A stretch of 64,000 nt of DNA from Octopus sinensis (GCF_006345805.1 NC_043000.1:115072001-115136000), one strand, 5' to 3'; counted from the first letter of the stretch, positions 12,680 through 27,576 are shown. The notes: generated by a model not told the origin, from the sequence alone. Translations and numbers: made by a program.

Positions 12680-15600
12680 TTATAACAAAATAGGGATGAG
12701 GTATAACCTCCACCATGAAGAACATTATTGTTGTAATATTCAAGTTAAATAAACATCTGAAGTGAATGTGGAATTATTTCACATTTACATTGTTACTATA
12801 CACACTTTTTTTTAATATTATACATCATTTACAATTACTGTTCACTTAATATACACTTGTACTAACCTTGTTATAATTTCACTATATAGAAATTGTTTCA
12901 TTACTTTGTCTTATATATATAACAGATATATATTCTCTCTCCTTAACTACACACACACACAATTATCAAATTATCATCATCGTTTGGTATTTGCTTTCCA
13001 TGCTGACATGGGTTGGACAGTTTGATAGTATCTGAATATCTGTAAAGCCACTTTGGAATGGTTTCTACAGCTGGATGCCCTTTCTAATACTAATCACTTT
13101 ACAGAGCATACTCAGTGCTTTTTTTTTTTCATGCCACCAACACAAGCAAGGTTGCTAGGTAACTTGCAAGGAAAGAAAGGAACAAAAGGAAATTGTAAAG
13201 AAGGAAACAAACTCCTCAACTATATATATATTACATTACATTAATATTGACCAGTGAGAATGAATGCTTAAAACTGCATTGCTGGATAAGTATTCTTTAT
13301 TTGTAGGTTAGCAAGGCTACCATTGGTTTAATGCCAACAGAAATCTCAGCAATTATCAAGTCTGCAACATGGAATAGTGTGTGTGTGTATGTGTGTGTGT
13401 GTGCGTGTGTGTAAAATAAATGAAGAAAATGTAATTGGTATTTTCAAGCTTTATATAATGTGCACACAGAGCAAGTACAAAAACCTCTATTTATAAAGCT
13501 GTGTGTGCATCCATCCTCCTGTATGAATGAGTCTAAGTGCTGGACCCTTTATTGGTACTAAATCAGATCAGACAACTGGAAGTATTCCATATCAGATGGC
13601 TCCAAAGTATCCTTGATCTAGCATTAAGGCAAAATAGATGCTGGTATATATTTAACCCCATTCAAAGTTCCCTATACATGGAATACAAATGTCTTGTTTT
13701 CATAAGTTTAGTATTAATATCTTCCACCAAACCTTAGTCACAATATATGTTCCTAACACTAGCTTAATTATAACCAAGTTATTTTACTAAATTCCCTTGG
13801 CAATATTATTTTGTGTTGTTTCTGATTATCCATAGATTATTTTAATCTGTAAGATCTCTAGCAGAAAGGTAACCAAATCAGTATTTGAGAATTTATGAAA
13901 GACCTCTCTTTCTATTGGTCGTGTCTCCACCAATTCTTTATTGGTAATTCATCCATCCTTTTTCTATTCTTGTTTCCAAGACAATGTGTGAATTTGTGGT
14001 TTATTATTTATCTTTAGTTAATACATTGAACACATTGAGATCAGCTCCCTTTGATTCCTTCAGCTCCCTAGCAAACTCGTGATGGGTTTTGTGTTGCTAA
14101 ACACTGATTGTAAGTAACGTTTGAGATATTGTTAATTTGATAAACTGTTAATTTAAATACTAACAATTCTCTTCATTAACACAGTCTAACATTATATACA
14201 GTCTTGTTTTTTATTCTGTTATTTTATTAAATAGTCAGACAGATATGTAACACAAAATCATCATCATCATTACAATTTGGTTTTTACTCTTTTACTTGTT
14301 TCAGTCATTTGACTGGCCATGCTGGAGCACCGCCTTTAGTCGAGCAAATCGACCCCAGGACTTATTCTTTGTAAGCCTAGTACTTATTTTATCGGTCTCT
14401 TTCGCCGAACCACTAAGTTACAGGGACATAAACACACCAGCATCAGTTGTCCAGCGATGTTGGGGGAACAAACACAGACACACAAACATATATACACACA
14501 TACATACATACATACATATATATATGACGGGCTTCTTTCAGTTTCTGTCTACCAAATCCACTCACAAGGCTTTGGTCAGCCCGAGGCTATAGTAGAAGAC
14601 GCTTGCCCAAGGTGCCACACAGTGGGACTGAACCCAGAACCATGTGGTTGGTAAGCAAGCTACTTACCACACAGCCACTCCTACGCTTATTTTCTCTAAA
14701 AAATTTCTTTAACTTCTGTAAAATAGATGAAATATTTCTGTTGCCTTATATTCATTAAGTATCTATGTGTACCCACATAATCTGTTATTCCTCAATTGTA
14801 CATTTCTAAACTGATGTCCACCCATATTGACTGTAATTTAAACTAACCAATACAACCATAAACTATGGATTGCTTTGTGGAAGGTTTTAATATCTTGGCC
14901 CTTCTTCACCATGCCACTATACATTCTGTTGCCTATCAATATGTTGGCCACTTCTATAGAATCTACTGGCTGCTAACCAAAACCACTTCAAGTCCTTGAC
15001 CACACTTCAAGACTGTTGATATTAACTATTAAATATGACTTCAGACAGCTGGACAGTCTTGAACTGTTCATCCCATTTAGACAATTATGAACAGTACTGA
15101 CCACGCCAATGTACTGATACTTCTCCAGTCTGCTTTGGTCAGTAGTATTTGATCACTTGACATGTATTCATGGCCCATTTGATCTCCTTGATTAGAGAGG
15201 TTCCTAAAACTTTCGTGACTCATTACTATCCCTTAGAAATTGTTCTCAAGAGGATTTTGTTAATGGAACCAAGGAGATTATTCAAAGACAAATGTCTCAA
15301 ACCTGGAATAAATTTTGGCAACTCTTCATTAATCGACCACACAGTGCTTGTTTGTGTGTGATTATGGTCGGGCAGAGAAATAAACTAGAAACAGATCCCA
15401 ACATCCTCTCTGAAACCATAACGACATTTGTGATAATAATGGATATCTACAAACAGCACTGGATTTGGGTGCCAACTCTCTGTTGGGTTTTTGAATGATT
15501 ACATTCTCATGGCTTATTGATGGCATTGGTTAAAATCATTCTTTGAGGTCAGTAGATTAGTTAGTAAATATTGCAGTTATTTTATTTCCCTCACATAATG

Positions 15601-16978
15601 TTGTTACACCTGTCTTTCTTTTTTATATATGCATGCAGACACAAACGCATAACATATATATATCAGGCAAAATGGGATTTGTAAATCTAAGCTGTATCCT
15701 TTGGTTAGCCTTTGTCTGATGAGATGAGCTTGGATTACATGTAATATATTGTAATGTCACATACTACACAATCAGTTACATTCATGGTGGGTCTGAACTA
15801 CATGTTGTTGAAACAACTGTAATAAAGGAAGGAATGTAACTTCTATTCTTGGACTTACTCTGTGTATGTGTGGGTAGTTATAAGAAGAGAGATATAAGGG
15901 AAAAGATGAGTAGTGAAGGAAATTTCTTACAGATGTGGAACAGAATTCCTAATTACTGACAATAGAACACTTCATTCTTCTACCAAAATAGAATGCTGTA
16001 CATATTTTTGCCACAGTCACATCTCACTGACCCTTCTAATGAAGAGCTCGGCCAATACTTAAGATTTTTCCTCTCTCAGCATATAAACCTTTCCCATTTT
16101 GTGGATTCCTATTCTAGATCTGTCTAGTAGTTTATCCGTTACCTGCATCTCTCTCTTATCAATTATGACTGTAATTCCATGTAGAAAGCAACATCAGTGT
16201 CCTCAACTCTGTACAAATAATATACATTGCACTTGGATTCACATGGAGACAAGAATACAAGATATTTCTCGTACTGGTGCCACAATAAAAATGAATCCAG
16301 TATATTTTGTAAAGTGGTTGATCACAAAAAGGGCATCAAACTTATATAAGCCATGCCAAAAATGATAGGTGCAAAATGTACATGCCTATCTGGGAGTAAG
16401 TCACAATAAGAACTGATTCAAGCCACAACAATGCATTCAAACCCTGCAAGTATGGAAAGCAGACGGATGTTAAATGATGTGAAGAAAACCCTCTAGTCAA
16501 TGATGCAAGCATGAGATGGGCATGCTGATGATGATTTCACCAATGTATATATAATTTATTATCACCATTAAGGCAGTGAGCTAGCAGAGTTGTTAGCATG
16601 CTGGGTAAAATGCTTAGTGGCATTTCATCTGTCTTGACATTTTGAGTTCAAATTCTGCCAAGGTCGACTTTGCCTTTCATCCTTCCAGGGTCGATAAAAT
16701 AAGTACCTGTGAAACACGTCCCAATCCCCCAAAATTTTAGTAGAAAGAATTATTTAAAGTGGTGAGCTGGCAGAATCACTAGCCAGCACGGCGAAATGCT
16801 TAGCAGTATTTCACCCATCACTATGTTCTGAGTTCAAATTCCGCCAAGGTCGACTTTGCATTGCATCCTTTCGCGATCAATAAGTGAAGTACCAGTGAAA
16901 CACTGGGGTCGACGTAATTTTACTACTCCCCTCCTCTCCCCCAAATTTCAAACCTTGTGCCTTTAGTAGAAAGGATTA

Positions 16979-17018
<40 letters not shown>

Positions 17019-17764
17019 GGAGGTGAGCTGGTTGAATTGTTAGCACATTGGACAAAATCCTTTGTGGCATTTATCCCAGCTTTCACATATTCTGAGCTCA
17101 AATCTTAGCAAAGTCAACTGCATCTTTCAATCTTTTCAGAATTGATATACTGGGATCAATGTAACTATTTGAACCCCACCCTTATATTGCTAACTTTGTG
17201 ACAAAACTTAGAACAGTTATTATTATAATGAAAGACCAGCAGATCAAATCATTATGTCTCTTTAAGGTTTCAAGTTCAAATCCTACCAAAGATTACTTTT
17301 TGTTCTTCTGGGGTGGATAAAATAAAGTACCAGTTATAATTGAATTCCCCCCAGATTTGTGGCTTTGGACCAATGTGGGAAATCTAAACACCCTGAATAT
17401 AAAGTAGTGTGGTGTGAATGTTTAATGGGGAAACACAGTGGGGAAGGTGGGAGGGGGTGCTATTGAATAATTCGGGACTTAATTTAATAAGGGCAATGTT
17501 TCTTTATAAGATGAATTTAGTGAGATGGGTGGGGGTGAAAGTGAGGGAAATGGATGAAGAATCAACATCTACTGTGAAATAAATGTAATTAAAATTTAAA
17601 AACAATATATAACTACATATAAAATGTTGGGGGGATGATGGAGAGATAAAGGTTTTGGTAAATTTAATTACTTTTGATGGTGTACAGGGAATAGGGGACA
17701 CATATTAAGTGAAATATTTCTAATCTTCAAAATGAAATTCAAATATCAGTAAAATTATTTGGTA

Positions 17765-18270
17765 ATCTTCATGTCAGGATTTTGATGAGTCTATAATCAC
17801 AAAAGGGTCTCCATCTATCAAGGCTGACCAGATATCTGCACTTGTACACACAGGACTGTGTAAGGTTTTTGTGGAAGTCAGACAGTCTCCCCTCTTCACA
17901 CCACTGATGTTGTCCAAGGGAAAGAGTGTTACAGATTGGCATCAGTGTCATCACAGGTGTTGTTTGAACCTGAACGAGGACAGCTTCTTCAAGACATCCT
18001 GTCTGTTGTTCAATACAGTTCTGCCAACCCAACAACCAGGTTTCATACACTATTATCAATGTTATTCTGTAGACCTCACCCCCTCTCTCCAGATCATTCA
18101 CAGGTATTCTTAACTGTTTCTTGTAGATTTCTTTCTCTGTCCCCAGAAATTAGTAATAGACTTTTAAGTTTCCATCACTGATTTCCTAATATGCCCACCA
18201 CTGCAAATGTGATTCTAATTTTAAAAAGAGTTCCTCTATAACCAGGAGACTTCAGTTTCAATGGAGAAAT
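17765..18270 (-). mobile_element. Highly decayed LINE (RTE-like) fragment
   Basis: EVYRITLIIVYETW resembles the RTE K-vY...LLYg-ETW motif; several frameshifts. Confidence 0.35.
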
Positions 18271-19351
18271 TCTTGAAATAGTAGAAATAAAAAAATATTT
18301 TCTGTAAATATAAATAATGTGGAACTAAGTGAAATTCTTGGTGTTAATTCTTTATAAATCGATACGTTTCTTCTCTAATTCCTCAGCCAATGTGTGTGTA
18401 TGTGTGTTGAAGGTGGCAAGCTGGCAGAATCATGAGCACACTGGACAAAATGCTTAGCAGCATTCCATCCGTCTTTACATTCTGAGTTCAAATTCTGCCG
18501 AGGTCAACTTTACCTTTCATCCTTTCGGGGTCAATAAAACTAGTACCAGTTGAGCACTGGGATCAATGTAATTGACTTACCTCTCCTCAAAATAGCTGGC
18601 CTTGTGCCAACTACTACTACACTCTCGGAGTGGTTGGCATTAGGAAGGGCATCCAGCTGTAGAAACTCTGCCAGATCATGACTAGAGCCTGATGCAACCA
18701 TCTGGTTCGCCATCCTTCAGTCAAAATCGTCCAACCCATGCTAGCATGGAAAGCGGACGTTAAACGATGATGATGATGATCTGTGTGTGTGTAAGAGAGA
18801 GTGTAACTTTAGAGTTAAGTGGAAAAGCGATGTCCATGATCCTTCACAGGGCCTTCAAGACTAGTCGGGGGTGGGGATGGAGGAAGGTATCCTTAAACCA
18901 AAGATTTGGGCCCAACTTGAATGCTTGGGTCTATGAAACACATCTAAAGCACCAAGAGGGACAGGGGTTAAACTAGGTGACCGATAAGACTGCCAGCCAA
19001 TTAGGCTATCGTGAGATGTGAACTCAGAACAAATACCACAAGGTATCTGATCTGATGTTCTTATAGTTTTACTTGCCACTACTGCCCTGGATCAATATTT
19101 TATAGATGAAAGGCAATGCTAATCTGCTAAAATCCCAAAAATGATAACCAATCCTTGACCTCATCATACAACTATTTCTAACAAGATGTTGATGATCATT
19201 TCATTAATTAATTTTTATATTTTCTGTTGATGACAGCTCAGGTTTGATTCCACACTAAAATTGTTATGCACTACTAATCAACAAGTATCTAATATTTTTC
19301 ATTTTTATTTTTCATTTATTATTTTCTTTTTTTGTCAAACAAGACTATACA

Positions 19352-19656
19352 GCTCTATATTTAAGAGATGAGGAATTATGTACACTATTTACATTTGATT
19401 GATATTTGTCCTCATCTTGTTTGTTGTTAACACAATCTTCAACTTCAATATGATGGAGTTTCTCTATATGTCTCCATTGAAGTCTAATGTTGGTTCTGTA
19501 CCAATTAGATAATGCAGTTCTATATTTAAGAGATGAGGAATTATGTACATTATTTACATTTGACGGATATTTGTCCTCATCTTGTTTGTTGAAGTTGAAG
19601 ATTGTGTTAGCAACAAACAAGATGAGGAGAAATATCTGTCAAATGTAAATAATGTA
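19352..19656. mobile_element. Tail-only copies of the same family (two direct, one inverted)
   Basis: ctatatttaagagatgaggaattatgtaca...cttgtttgttg at ~19355 and ~19520; inverted copy 19602-19656. Confidence 0.75.
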
Positions 19657-22524
19657 ATCCTTTAATGACCACAGAGTTGTTTGCACACTGGGCAAGATGC
19701 TTAACGGCATTTCGTCTGTCTTTAGTTCAAATTCTGCCGAGGTTGACTTTGCCTTTCTTCCTTTTGGGGTCGATAAATTAAGTACCAGTCATATCGGTCA
19801 AGCACTGGGATCAATAGAATCCCCACTCTCCCAAAATTGCTAGCCTTGTACCAAAATGTGAAAACCAATATATCTAAGGAAACACACTCTCTATTTTAAT
19901 TAATAATCAATAATTTGTAAGAATTCAGTAAAATAAAGCAGTCTGTTGTGATTAATAATCTGATGTTTAGAAAGTTTTAACTTAAAAACGAGCATTTTAA
20001 AATGAACAGATTTTGTGTCAAAGACACAGAAGCAGTCTTAAATAGATTTAAATAGAAAAAGGTTAAACAGTTCGTTTAAAATAATGAACCAAACCAGTCA
20101 TTGCATGTTTACAATTTTGAGGTCATGACTGAGTATTTGGTTCTTGATAACAATAAACATTTTTTGTTATTTTGTTTAGAATCCTTCAACTGGAACTGTC
20201 TCAAGCATAAACTCTTAATACCAGCTGTTAGGTTAAACCTGAAACTGAAGGTCAACTTTTCAATTTAAGTCCTCGTAGTTTAAAACTTTCTTATAATACT
20301 TCTGACCTTTCCAGAATTTAACTCATTTGTTTGGTAAAGTTTGTTGTGAATCACCATATTCAGCCAATTAGAGTAATTAAAATAATTAAACAACAACAAC
20401 ATAACATATACTGAAATGTTTTTTGGGTTTTTTTTTTTGGTTTTGTAAATTAAGTTTTTATTGTAAAGAATTCATTCAGTAAACTGATTTTAAGAAATCT
20501 GTGGGTTTATCCCCAGTTAGTAGTGATCAAAGATGTTCCAACCATGACCTTCCTGCCTTGTTTTCTTTTTTTGTCAAACAAGACTATACCATGTCTCTTT
20601 GAAGGTTAATGGTGTATAAATTGAAGATTTGGCTCTATTTCTAGCAAAATAAGTAATACAAATCGAGCCCAGGACTTATTCTATCGGTCTCTTTTGCCGA
20701 ACCAAGTTACGAGGACGTAAACACACCAACATCGACTGTCAAGCGATGGTGATGGCTTCTTTTAGTTTCCATGGCACTGAAACCAAAACTATGTGGTTGG
20801 TAATCAAGCTACTTACCACACAGCCACTCCTGTACCTATGTCCTTAATTTTTCAATTGTTAATCAGGTGTTGAGAGGGGGCAGCGTCCATAAGTAAGGGA
20901 AGCTTTCCCAAATCAGCCAGAGCAACAAACACTGACAGTTAGAGAGAGCAGAGACTAAATTATTATTATTAGCTGTTAATAGGTACCATGGGGGAAGGCA
21001 GGGGCCATTGCAAAGCTATTGAAATACTTGTTGGTTTACACTGACTGCAAATTTTTTCGTGGATAACATAATTGGAAAAAAACAACAGACCACAACAATG
21101 AGTTAATGTTACTGGAGTTATTACAAGTAGAAAAAGAACAGTTGTAGTGATTTACAGAAAGGTTACTGTATAAGCATGTAGGGATAAAAAAGCCTTCAAT
21201 GATGTTGTATCTTCAGTAACCACCATTCAGCTAAAGACAAGACAGTCCTCACTAAATACAATTATTCTAGAATTGAAATTTTAAAGTTTGCTGTTTTGTA
21301 CCAGAATTAATTACATAATATTTTATCACAGGCGGTGAGCTGGCAGACACTTTAGCACGCAGGGAAAAATGCTTAGCAGTATTTCGTCTGTTGTTACGTT
21401 CTGAGTTCAAATTCCGCCGAGGTCGACTTTGCCTTTCAGCCTTTCGAGGTCAATAAATTAAGTACCAGTTTCACACTGGGACCGATGTAATCGACTTAAT
21501 CCCTTTGTCTGTCCTTGTTTGTCCCCTCTATGTTTAGCCCCTTGTGGGCATTAAAGAAATAAATATTTTATCTTCTCTAACAAAACAATTGCAGTAAAGA
21601 TTGTTTGCCAACATGACATGGCAGTCCTGGTTTAAGACTAATGTTGCTGCCATATTATGTTGGCAAACAATCTTTACTGCGAAGTACTGTTGGTGAATAT
21701 CTTCCCTTTATGAGATTTAAAGATAGTAATTTTCTAAGACAATTGCAATTAAAATTTCTTGGTAGACTATGTCAAATATGTAAGTGTCCATTCAGACAAA
21801 TTTTTAGTTAAAATTTAGCAATTCCCTCATTCCATCACCGTCCTCTCTATTAGAATTTAGTCTTCCTCCAATCTGGCTAGTACCTGGTCACCCCACTATG
21901 TTTCCATCCTTCACATTGCCAAAATTCCAAAGACTTCTATCTTGCTGTGGCATAATTACAATCCCCATCAGAGGAGGCCAGTTGGCAGAATGAGTGTCAA
22001 CCTATAAAAAAAATGCCTGCCATTCTTTGTGACGGCCAAAGTTCCATTCCTATAACTGTAACCAACTTCACCTTTTAATGTTGCAGAGGTTAATGTCTAG
22101 CACAGACACATTCCAACGTGTTACTCATATTTCAACATCAAACCAAATATGCCTTGCAGTATTTAGTTATATTCCTCATTAAATTCCCACCACTTTACCT
22201 TTTAATAAGTCAATAAAATGAAATACCAGTCATATGCTAGGAGTCTAAAATTGACTGTTTCAACTGCCAAACTTAATTATACCACCATATAAAATTTATC
22301 TCCACCATCAGATTTTAGCTACTCTTACCTTTGACACAATTACTTTCCAGAACAACAGGTTCAATCCCCAATGTAATATTTTGTATGTTTCTTTTTGTAT
22401 CACGCTTATTTTATACATTAAAAATATTTCCTTTTGTACAAAATTTGTGATCAATTTTTTTTATTAATTACATATATATATATATATATCTTATATACAC
22501 CCTGTAAAATGTATTTAGTCCTGC

Positions 22525-22530
22525 AATAAA
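22525..22530 (+). terminator. Candidate distal polyadenylation signal of the plus-strand gene
   Basis: AATAAA preceded by a dense TGTA/U-rich block (22370-22520) and followed by a GU/U-rich tract (22578-22607). Confidence 0.4.
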
Positions 22531-23456
22531 GATGTACAGTATGTATTTAATAGAAATGAGTCACTACAGACAAATTTCATTTTTGTTGTCCTTGTGTTTT
22601 TTTTTTTAAAGTTCCTAGATTTTTAAGAATATATCAAACTCTGAAGTTTCCTTTCCAATCTACTCAAAGGTGTGTATTTTTTTTTTTTCAATTCTTTTAG
22701 TAATCAGAAAGTAGCCATACTGGAGCACTGTCTAAGCAAGTTGATGAAATTGACCCCAGCATTTCTTTAAGTCTGGTGCATTCTGTTGATCCTTATTGCT
22801 GAACTGCTAAGTTACAAGCACTCAATCTAGCCCTGGTTGTCTGGCAGTGAAAGACACATGTGTACATGGACAAATATATGATGGTCTACCACACAGTTTC
22901 CATCAACTGAATTCACTTACAAGCTATAGGTCTGCTCAGAGCTTTAGCAGAAAACACACTCGCAAAGGTTTATATTGGTTTTTATCAGTGGAGTGTGCCG
23001 ATGCTAGAACCCCACATTCTTCAGTTTTAATTGGTATCAACCTCTGAGTTCAGACTTTTGTTAATATTTGTTTACCAAGTAAGTTTATCTTGGACATAAC
23101 GGAAAATAATGTTACATCTCAATACCTAAATATGACAAGGTATTAGTCTGGAGTGTTGGAGTTTACACCAGAGTACACTAATATTTATGTATAAACAATT
23201 TATATATATATATATATCGAAATGCGGAGTAGACGAAACAGGGACAACTGAGAAGGGGAATATTCCTTGTGTTGTATGTCTTGTACTCTGTTTTATTTTT
23301 GTTGTTTGAAAAAAAGTCCGTTTCCATGTTTTTGTTTTTATGTTTCGTTTCTCATTGTGTGCCCCGTTTTTGTTTTTTTGTGTCCTGTACCCATATATGC
23401 ATGTATATATACATATAGATGTAGGTATGTACATATATGTATGCATATATTTATAT

Positions 23457-23488
<32 letters not shown>

Positions 23489-24469
23489 TCTTTATTGCCC
23501 ACAAGGGGCTAAACATAGAGAGGACAAACAAGGACAGACAGATTACATCGACCCCAGTGCGAAACTGGTACTTTTATTTATCGACCCCGAAAGGATGAAA
23601 GGCAAAGTCGACCTCGGCGGAATTTGAACTCAGAACGTAACGACAGACGAAATACCGCTAAGCATTCCGCCCGGCGCGCTAACGTGTCTGCCAGCTCGCC
23701 GCCTTATATATATATATATAACGTGACCAACCAGACCATCAGATGTTGCTACACATCACTGGTCACAATGTGTTCGATTATATATATATATAATCTTTTA
23801 CTCTTTTATTTGTTTGTCATTTGACTGCAGCCATGTTGGAGCACCACCTTTAGTCAAACAAATCAACCCCAGAACTTATTCTTTGTAAGCCTAGTACTTA
23901 TTCTATTGGTCTCTTTTGTCGAACTGCTTCTTGAAAACATCTACTCCCACTCCATGTAGATCTCTCAGGTGTTTTTAAGCAAGGTATTAAATAGTTGTAG
24001 ACCTTTGAATTCCAAGCTCTTGCAGTACCTGGTCCTTATTCTAGACAGGAGAGGCAGATACATTGGAAAAGCACAGTGGTGTCCTTTTTCAGGGGTTGGT
24101 ATAACTCTCAATACCAAAGTTTGGTGCCAGCCCCTCTACAGACTTAAATATGTATATGACCCACCATTTGAGCGTGACAGTTGCCAGTTCTGCCTGACTG
24201 GCTCCCATGCCAGTGGCACGTAAAAAGCACCATTCAAGCATGGTCGATACCAGTACCGTTTGACTGGCCCTTGTGCCAGTGGCATTTAAAAACCACCCAC
24301 TACATATTCGGAGTGGTTGGCGTTAGGAAGGGTATTCAGCTGTAGAAACCTTGCCAAATCTGATTGGAGCTAGGTGCAGCCTCCTGGCTTGCCAGTCCTC
24401 AGTCAAACTGTCCAACCCTTGCCAGCATGGAAGGTGGACCTCAAACGATGATGATGATTGTCACTCCAT

Positions 24470-27130
24470 GGAGTAATCATAATTCTTTTAGCCTCTCCCA
24501 GTAACCCAACTCTTCATTGATGCAATCATTCTTACTGTAGCACTGCTGACCTGCATTGATTCCTACTATTAAACTGACACTATGAAGTGGCTGAGAGCAG
24601 TGGTCCACATGTCTTCCTTAGGACCAGCATGGTTTCCTGGTTCCTTGTTCTGAAAGTTCTCAGAATCCATCTGGCCTTTTACTTGCACATTGCCACCATT
24701 TTGGTGACATGCACATGAAATGAAGCACCATTGCTCATAGCACTCTCCACATCATAAACTATGTTTGACTCTGGGCTTGCCACTCTTTTTTGGTCCAAAG
24801 TATCTTTGTTGTGGCAGGTTTGCATCAGCTGGTTGATAGCAGAGGGCTTGGAATTTCCCTGCATTAACTTGTATGTTACTTCGGCCCATTTACAAATGGC
24901 ATCTAGATCTTTCTGCACAAGATTAAAATTGATAGGACCCTTGACTGCTCTTGCTACTTTGTGTCATCAGCATAGCTAGTAAGTGTGGTTGTCTGTGGAA
25001 ATGATGGCATATCTGAGAGAGTCACCACAAACAGTAGCAGCTCCTTGAGGCACTCCACATTGTTAATACTTTTAGCATTATAAAGCCTTCCTCAAATTTA
25101 CCATCATGATTTGAGGCATCAGGTGGGTAATATAATAGTGGTGTGACATCTTCAGGGATGTATGACACAATTCCAATGTGACTTCTCTTCTGTTAACATG
25201 GAATACAGTATCATCATCATCATTGTTTAACGTCCGTTTTCCATGCTAGCATGGGTTGGACGGTTTGACCGGGTTCTGGGAAGCCAGGAGGCTGCACCAG
25301 GCTCCGGTCTGATCTGGCAGTGTTTCTACAGCTGGATACCCTTCCTAACACCAACCACTCCATGAGTGTAGTGGGTGCTTTTTACGTGCCACCGGCACGG
25401 GCCAGATGAGGCTGGCAAATGGCCACAATCGGTTGGTGATTTTACATGTCACCGACACAGACGCCAGTCAAGCGGTGCTGGAAACTGCCAAGTTCGAATG
25501 GTGCTTTTAACGTGTCACCGGCACAGTTATCTCAACTACAATTTCCATTTGATTTTTATTTTGATGTTGATGTTAACGTACTTGACTCAATAGGTCTCCT
25601 CAAGAACAATGAGTCACTCTACGATCCAAGGTTAGCACAGCAGGCTGTCCTGTGAGCCGTGGACTCACTTCATTTGTCAGGTCTTCGAAGTCTCACCATT
25701 GCCTCTCCGGTTTCTACTTTTAACAATTTGAGACATTTACCACATGCAAAGAAACTCTGTAAAACTATGTACGGTGGTTTTGCAAGACCTTTTTTCCACA
25801 TCATTAAAAGAACAGCCAGAAATCCACCTGTGCTTGTTACTGAGTTCATTTCATCAATGGCCAGTGTTACATCTTTTATGTCAATGTAATCGATGACTGC
25901 CTCTTTGCCATGTAGATCTACAGTGTTGAAAAACTCTTTAGGCTTGCTTACTTGCATGTTTCCCCAGTGGAGAGGAGAAGACACTTTGGAATTGTTTATT
26001 TAGCACTTCACTTATACTCCTGGAGTTTGCAGTTAGTGGGCCTTCTTCAAACAGTGGCACCAAGTGCACCAAGGCAGATTCTTTTGCAAACTTGTCAGAG
26101 GCTTTAAGATTCATTTGTATATTTCTCACTGCCCTCATTTCTTTTCATGGTTGATTAGTAGTAGGCTAGTAAGACCACCATCCGAGCGTGATCGTTGCCA
26201 GAGCAGCTGTCTGGCCTCCATGCCGGTGCCACGTAAAAGACACCATTTGAGCGTGATCGTTACCAGCATCGCTGTACTGGCACCTGTGCCAGTGGCATGT
26301 GTAAAAGATTCGAGCGCTGTCGTTGCCAGTACCACCTGAGTGGCCCCATGCCCGTGGCATGTAAAAGCACCTACTACACTCTCGGAGTGGTTGGCGTTAG
26401 GAAGGGCATCGAGCTGTAGAAACTCTGCCAGATCAAGATTGAAGCCTGGTGCAGCCATCTGGTCCGCCAGTCCTCAGTCAAATCGTCCAACCCATGCTAG
26501 CATGGAAAGCGAACGTTAAATGATGATCATCATCATTCTGAATTTATTCTCCATCTCTAAGAGTGCCTCTTTGACGAGAGATTTCTCGCTGTCATTAAGT
26601 TACGTGATTGGAGATCTTTATTCTCTCTCATAAGGACTTTCCTGTTTCAGGGAATAATGTTTTTTATATGTTGTAGCTCTCTTCTCTTGGACAAATTTAA
26701 TGCATATGGCTTGCTTACTGACATGAATTCTTTTAATTTATTTTAGTTTCATATCAATGTCTTGCATAGGACTTTTAAGCCAATTTTGCTGGAGTATCTA
26801 TTTTTCAGTTAACTCCAATCAGCCTTTTAGAAGTTTTGACTGGATAAGTTTCAGCTACCATCTGTGTAGAATACATCATTAATTAATCTTAGACCGTAAG
26901 TCATCAGTTCTATCATGTTGTAGTTTGAGAAGATTGTTGGTGAAGCAGAGGTCTGATACGTTATTGTTTCTTGTTCAAGAGAGTATGGTTTACTCCATGA
27001 ACAGAATTTTCATGAGATCAAGTAGAGATTCTGCTTTATTAGGGTCTTTGAGTGCATTCCTGGGAATGCCACCTTCCAGCAAATGGATGTTGGGGAATTT
27101 GAAGTCACTCATCAGAAGTGCATTAATGCA
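24470..27130 (-). mobile_element. Fragmented CR1/L2-like LINE relic interrupted by younger repeats
   Basis: Minus-strand remnants in the expected order: SDFKFPNIH (endonuclease GDFNxP-like, ~27090), ISEVLNKQFQSVFS (~26000), QKDLDAICKWA (RT thumb, ~24900). Confidence 0.6.
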
Positions 27131-27576
27131 TTGATCTAGTTTTGTTAATACTTTTAGCATTGTAAAGCCTTTCTTAAATTTACCATCATGATTTGAGGCA
27201 TCAGATGTATATTACCATATCAAGTTGTTTTACATATGCTATGAATGTGTCACGTACTTAATTTGGATGTGACAACAGTGGTGTGACATCTTCAGGGATG
27301 TACAACACCAATGTAACTTCTCTTCATGGAATACAGTGTGTGTGTGTGTATTTATGTCATCATCATCGTTTAACGTCTGTTTTCCATGTTAGCATGGGTT
27401 GGACGGTTTGACAGGGGTCTGGGAAGCCAGGAGGCTGCACCAGGCTCCAGTCTGATCTGGCAGTGTTTCTACAGCTGGATGCCCTTCCTAACGCCAACCA
27501 CTCCGTGAGTGTACTGGGTGCTTTTTACGTGCCACCAGGACAGGGGCCAGAGGAGGCTGGCAACATCCACAGTATA

